The translations under genes were made by a program, and so were the position numbers. Below, piece after piece: positions 58,770 to 64,000 of a DNA stretch of 64,000 nucleotides. How positions within the stretch are numbered: position 1 is the first letter of the stretch; each line of letters begins with the position of its first letter. The DNA is from an uncultured bacterium (lineage in GTDB: Bacteria; Acidobacteriota; HRBIN11; JAKEFK01). A model generated the notes under the pieces. The model did no database searches. It was not told the origin of the DNA and worked only from the letters and a program-made list of their open reading frames with translations. The DNA lies in contig CAVZQN010000003.1 of NCBI GenBank assembly GCA_963777505.1, positions 352,001-416,000 of the forward strand, read 5' to 3'.

Positions 58770-60302
58770 TTATTCCCATTCAATTGTACCGGGTGGTTTT
58801 GATGTGATGTCATATACCACACGGTTGATTCCGGGAATTTCATTCACAATGCGGCTGGAAATTGTTGCCAGTACATCATATGGCAAACGCACCCAATCGG
58901 CTGTCATTCCATCCTGACTCTGAACTGCACGCAATGCAACTACATTGCTATACGTTCGATTGTCTCCCATCACTCCAACACTTCGCACTGGAAGCAGCAC
59001 TGCAAAAGATTGCCATAATTGCCGATATAAACCGGCTTTCACGATTTCTTCTTTTACGACTGCATCCGCTTTTTGAAGCAGATCTAAACGATCGCGAGTG
59101 ATCGGTCCTAGCAAGCGTACAGCCAAGCCGGGTCCAGGGAACGGCTGTCGATATAAAATTTCATCAGGTAAACCCATTTCCAGGCCGATCCGTCGCACTT
59201 CATCTTTGAAGATTTCACGGAACGGTTCAATTAATTCAAGCTTCATTTTCTTAATCACATCTATTAAATTGTGATGTGTTTTGATGACTTGTGCTGTGCC
59301 TCTAAATCCGCCGCTTTCAATTACGTCCGGGTACAATGTTCCTTGAGCAAGATAATGAATTCCATCAGTTTCTGCTGCAATTTTTTCGAATATTTCCACG
59401 AAGGCACGTCCGATGATTTTGCGTTTATCTTCGGGATTCTCAACGTTTTCTAATCGTGAAAGGAAATATTCGGAGGCATCGTAGTATCGAACATTTAATC
59501 CGGCAGCTTGCAGCCGTTTGGTAACCTGCTCGCCTTCATTGAGCCGCAACAAACCGTTATCAATGAAGACTGGCACTAATGCGTCACCGGCGGCTTTCTT
59601 TAATAAAAATGCCATGACGGTGCTGTCGACTCCGCCGCTTAAAGCACATAAGATTTTGCCTTTTTTCACCTTCTCACGAACAGCATCACAGGTCTCTTCT
59701 ATAAATGAAGCAGGAGTCCAATCTCCTTTGCAGCCGCAAATTTCAAATACGAAATTCCGCAAAATTTCTTTACCATGTTTTGTATGGACAACTTCAGGAT
59801 GGAACTGAATTCCATAGAGAATGCCGCGTTCATCACAAATTGCTGCGACAGGTGAATTGGCCGTTGCCGCAATCGACTTAAATCCATGCGGACTCTCCAG
59901 AATTCGATCTCCGTGACTCATCCAAACATCTTGATGAGATTCGAGACCTTGAAAAAGCGGATCATTTTTGACTTCAATGGTTGCCGGGCCATATTCTTTT
60001 CGTTCGGCACCGGCGACTTTACCGCCGAGTTGGTATGTAATTAATTGCATTCCATAACAAATACCAAGCACAGGCAATTCCATTTTCAAAAGTGAAGGAT
60101 CGCTATGAAATGCGCCATTCTCGTAAACCGAAGCCGGACCACCCGAAAAAACAATTCCCTTCGCATTTCGTTCTCGAATTTCTTCAGGGGTGATTGTATG
60201 CGGAACAATTTCGGAATATACATTCAATTCACGAATCCGGCGGGCGATTAGTTGTGTGTACTGACCGCCGAAATCAAGAACAAGAATGGATTCTTTTTTC
60301 AT
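58770..60302 (-). CDS. guaA: GMP synthase (glutamine-hydrolysing)
   Basis: LDFGGQYTQLIARR, GICYGMQ, QFHPEV, SGGVDS, PFPGPGL, SKPPGTIEWE. Confidence 0.98.
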   Translation of the reverse strand: MKKESILVLDFGGQYTQLIARRIRELNVYSEIVPHTITPEEIRERNAKGIVFSGGPASVYENGAFHSDPSLLKMELPVLGICYGMQLITYQLGGKVAGAERKEYGPATIEVKNDPLFQGLESHQDVWMSHGDRILESPHGFKSIAATANSPVAAICDERGILYGIQFHPEVVHTKHGKEILRNFVFEICGCKGDWTPASFIEETCDAVREKVKKGKILCALSGGVDSTVMAFLLKKAAGDALVPVFIDNGLLRLNEGEQVTKRLQAAGLNVRYYDASEYFLSRLENVENPEDKRKIIGRAFVEIFEKIAAETDGIHYLAQGTLYPDVIESGGFRGTAQVIKTHHNLIDVIKKMKLELIEPFREIFKDEVRRIGLEMGLPDEILYRQPFPGPGLAVRLLGPITRDRLDLLQKADAVVKEEIVKAGLYRQLWQSFAVLLPVRSVGVMGDNRTYSNVVALRAVQSQDGMTADWVRLPYDVLATISSRIVNEIPGINRVVYDITSKPPGTIEWE

Positions 60303-60368
60303 AAAAGTTACGTGATTATATTAAATAAAACTAAAAATAAAAAATGAAAACTTTGAGTCTTTGCGGTT

Positions 60369-61118
60369 ATGGAACTAACTCGAGCGCAGAAAAAGTGAAA
60401 TCCTGCAGAAAGGGATTTGTAGTTCTGACGAGATTTGGTCCCACAGAAAAAAATAAATGTTTCTTTGCGTGCCATCAACCATTCTGTTGGTGAAGGCATG
60501 AATAAAGAGGACATAAAAGAGTTCAGATCACTATCGTTTTGTCCGGAGCTTCTCGGACAACCGCCGATATTGGATCTGCTTTATGAGGCGCCGGTTTGGT
60601 CGGCGGTACAATCGTTGATTGGAAAAAACAAAGTACAACTTTGGGGGAAGGGTCAGATAGCTTTACGTTTTCCTGTAATGGAAACACCCGGAAAAATGTT
60701 TCCTCATATCGATGGGATGTACAGCCCTGGTAATAAAGTTCAAAAAGGGACTTTAGAAACTTTTACAATGCTTGTGGGTGTCTTGTTGAGTGATGTACCG
60801 AATGAATATTGGGGAAATTTCACGGTTTGGCCTGAGTCCCATCATCTTCTTGAAGCGTATTTCCAGAAGCATGGTATTGATTCAATCAAAGATGAACTCC
60901 CACCTTTAAAGCCCCAGGATGCGCATCAGATAATCGGAAAAGCCGGAGATGTAATCTTATGCCACTATCAGCTTGCGCATACAGTCGCGATTAATGTATC
61001 GCCCTATATCAGATACGCAGTTTTCTTCAGGCTGAAACACACAGAACACGCTGCTCATAAATCAAAAGTGCTTACCGATCTGTGGATGGAATGGCCTGGT
61101 ATTCGCGAGATTATTTGA
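60369..61118 (+). CDS. Phytanoyl-CoA dioxygenase (PhyH)-like Fe/2OG dioxygenase; N-terminus disrupted by apparent indels
   Basis: HID facial-triad motif, G.AGDVILCH..LAH. ATG 60369 gives MELTRAQK, and removing three single bases restores SEILQKGFVVLRDLVPQ in frame with ORF 60435. Confidence 0.8.
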
Positions 61119-61156
61119 AGGGCCCACTCCTGTCGCCTATAAACAAAAAGAACCCT

Positions 61157-61185
61157 ATGACAGAATGGTATAAAAACGGTATAAT
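61157..61185 (+). promoter_or_regulatory. Sigma70-like promoter of the TA operon with GGTATAA direct repeat
   Basis: ATGACA-N17-TATAAT; GGTATAA at 61167 and 61178. Confidence 0.6.
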
Positions 61186-61194
61186 TTCTACCAG

Positions 61195-61470
61195 ATGAGG
61201 ATAAGATGGGAAGAAAGTAAACGACAGCAAGTGTTAGGAAAACGCCATATCGACTTTGCTGATTTGGAAGATTTGCTTTATTTACCATATATCGAGGATC
61301 AACGTTCGGAGAATCCGGAGCAATACCGAATAATTGGTTTCGCCGCTGGAAAATTTACAACCTTCATTGTTGAGTATCGGGAAGATTATGTTGGTGATTT
61401 TATCTGGGTTGTAACAGCTTGGAAATCGACAAAACAAGAAAGAGATACCTATGAAAAAGAAACTCGCTAA
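61195..61470 (+). CDS. brnT: BrnT-family toxin
   Basis: W.E.K...N/V..K..IDF, YRIIG, I.VVTAW.ST..E...YE pattern. Confidence 0.82.
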   Translation: MRIRWEESKRQQVLGKRHIDFADLEDLLYLPYIEDQRSENPEQYRIIGFAAGKFTTFIVEYREDYVGDFIWVVTAWKSTKQERDTYEKETR

Positions 61471-61717
61471 AACAAAACTTCAAGACATAGAAGATATTGC
61501 TGAAAAAGCACAGCGTGGCCAAGACGTATCAAAGTATTTCACAGCTCAACATACTGCAAAACAGCGCGTAAATATTGATTTCCCTTTGGAATTACTCAAA
61601 ACTATCGACGCTGAATGCAGACGAATCGGAATTACAAGGCAAGGTTGGATTAAGATGGCTTGTGATGAAAAGATTCGCAGGACTCAAGCAACACGAATCG
61701 TCAAGTCCATGCAGTAA
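61451..61717 (+). CDS. brnA: BrnA/CopG-like RHH antitoxin
   Basis: QRVNIDFPLELLKTID.EC.RIGITRQ.WIK; overlaps the toxin. Confidence 0.8.
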   Translation: MKKKLAKTKLQDIEDIAEKAQRGQDVSKYFTAQHTAKQRVNIDFPLELLKTIDAECRRIGITRQGWIKMACDEKIRRTQATRIVKSMQ

Positions 61718-61810
61718 GGCTAAAACTTTCTCTTTGCCAAAATCGGTGCTGACAGCTTTATGAATGTCTGGCTAATTTGAAGGAACCTTTTTAACGCCGA
61801 GGACGCCGAC

Positions 61811-64000
61811 TTAATTTGTCTTTTTTGCGACAGACTGATGCGTATGTGGATCCAATTCGAAAGTTGCGGGCCGGTGAATGCGTGGACGCCACTCTGTAAT
61901 TTTCTTCCAAAACTTTTGTTCTGATGCGTCATCAAAAAGTGAATACACGACCGGTGTAACAATCAATGTTAATAACAGGCATAAAGTCTGCCCACCGATA
62001 ACAACAACAGCGATCGCGCGACGCTCTTCAGCTCCTGGTCCTGTTCCCAAAGCCAGTGGAAGCATACCCGCAACTAGCGCCAACGTTGTCATTAAGATTG
62101 GACGAAGTCTGTCACGATTTGCCTGGATGATTGCAGTCTCACGCTCTATTCCTTTTTGCCTGAGCTGATTCATGTGATCGATCTGCAAAATTGCGTTCTT
62201 TTTCACAACACCAAACAACACCAGAACGCCCAGCGCTGAATACAAGTTCAAAGAATTGTTCGTAATCCACAGTGAAAATAATGCAAATGGAATGGACAGT
62301 GGCAGTGAAATCAGGATTGTTAAAGGATGAACCGTGCTTTCAAATTGTGATGCAAGAATCATGTACATGAAAATGATCGAAAGCAAAAATGCCCAGATAA
62401 ATTCTGAAAAAGTTCGTTCCAATTCACGGCCTCGGCCGGAAACATACGTTGAGTATGCGGGCGGCAAGTTCATTTTCTGCAGCCTCTTCACTCAACACTT
62501 TCAAACGATCGGCAAGAGCATATCCAGGTCCGACAGATCCACGTAAGCTGACTTGACGTTGTCGATCAAGTCTGTCAATTCGTGAGGCGCTATCGGCATG
62601 CACAATGCTTACAACATTGTCCAAACGAACTAGTCCTCCATCCCCACGAGGCACATACAATCTGGAAATCACTTCAGGATCATTTCGGTCTCTTTCGCTC
62701 AACCGAAGTTGAACATCATAGTTCTCATTCACAGAAGGGTCATAATAACGGGAAACTTCTTGATCTCCACCCACCATGATGCGCAAAGCATTTGCAATGT
62801 CCGATGTATCAACGTTCAAATCTGCAGCGCGTGCACGATCGATTTCAACCCGGAGTTCCGGCTTATCCAATTTTAGAGTTGTATCTGCATCTACGACTCC
62901 CAGATCAGGAGCTTTCACGCGCAGTTTTTCGGCATAAGCAGCGAGTGCTTACAAGATCCGGGCCTCTTAAAACAAAATCGATATCGTAGTTTCCACCTCC
63001 AATGTTAAATGATGGAGCATTTCGAACCGATCCTCTGAGATCTTTATACTTCAGTAGTTTCTGGCGAACTTCTTGCATCACTTCACGCTGCGAATAATTG
63101 TTTTGAAAAGCAGAGAGCGGTTTCAATGTGAATATGCCTTTTATGAATCGACCGATGCTGAAGATGCGCTCTTCATGGGGAGCAATCCGGACATAGGCAC
63201 GTCCTGCGTTCACATTTCCCAGAAAACTGCCTCCTACTTCTGTCAAAACAAGTCTGATGCCGCGAACATCTGCAAGATCCTTTTCGATGGAACGCATCGC
63301 ATCATCCATGGCCGCAAGACTTGCTCCTTCCGGTGCAGTTATATTGATATCGAACTCGGCTTCATCAACATTGCTTGGAATGTAGTCTTGCTGCACAAGC
63401 TGATACAGAGGAATCGATGAAAGAATGACAGCAATCGCAATTCCTGCGATCAACATTCGATGAAGCATTGAATATTTGAGAAGTGCTGTGTAACGTCTGT
63501 CAAGCCATGCATAAAAACCTGTACGACTTTTCGCTGATCCATGGCCTGCGTCTTCCGCTCTTAGCAAACGAGCGCTCATCATGGGTGTGAGCGTGAATGA
63601 AACAAGCAAACTTACTAACACCGCAACCGCAGCTGTGATGCCGAATTGAAACAGGAACCGGCCTGAAATGCTGGACATGAAAGAAACAGGAACGAAGATT
63701 ACTACCAGGCTAAAGGTTGTAGCCATAACGGCCAATCCGATTTCTGCTGTGGCTTCTTTTGCTGCTTGAAACGGTGACATTTTCTTTTCTTCAACAAAGC
63801 GGAAAATGTTTTCCAAAACAACAATTGCATCATCAATAACAATCCCGACCATCAGAACAAGAGCAAGCATCGTGACACTGTTTAACGTAAAATCCAGCGC
63901 CCACATAATGCCAAATGAAGCAATGACTGAAGTAGGAATTGCAATTCCGGCGATGATCGTAGAACGCCAGTTGCGCATAAAAAACAAAACAACCAGGCAG
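61811..64000 (-). CDS. RND efflux permease (AcrB/CzcA family), 5'-truncated, two apparent +1 frameshifts
   Basis: [43 protein letters not shown]. Three ORFs join after deleting one base near 62950 and one near 62478. Confidence 0.93.

Noticed and set aside
374-63420. Numerous short ORFs overlapping or antisense to confident genes
   Set aside because: No recognisable motifs or RBS; these are expected shadow ORFs.

Overview
A 64-kb bacterial chromosomal segment with GC near the mid-40s % by eye. The gene repertoire suggests Acidobacteriota or a similar diderm lineage (inference only): Hanks kinases starting 'PGTxLGRF', an Oar-like TonB-dependent receptor, a sulfatase-TPR protein, an ECF/anti-sigma/HEAT triad and a DUF5916 barrel. 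Housekeeping genes (cyclophilin, thrC, folE, korAB, ddl, accA, dnaE, guaA) alternate with envelope, signalling and glycan genes, a BrnT/BrnA toxin-antitoxin pair and an RND pump. I found no rRNA, tRNA, CRISPR array or transposase, but there are several families of REP-like repeats. Several genes, including dnaE, are broken by single-base insertions that look like assembly errors. The most notable observation is a pair of sibling non-coding elements at 15406-15474 (+) and 18774-18836 (-), each reading GGAGCCTCATGGCTC-N5-TAR-AAGAGAGA followed by an intrinsic terminator. Both carry a 21-nt segment antisense to the RBS/start codon of the sigma54-driven TonB-dependent receptor, and one also pairs with the RBS/start of the DUF5916 outer-membrane protein. 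This is a candidate 3'-UTR sRNA circuit controlling outer-membrane barrels. Other notable loci are a Ser/Thr kinase fused to a CesT/YbjN-like domain with a stand-alone paralogue beside an FHA-ABC exporter, and a signal-less peptidoglycan-binding calpain-like protease paired with a non-catalytic FGE-fold protein.
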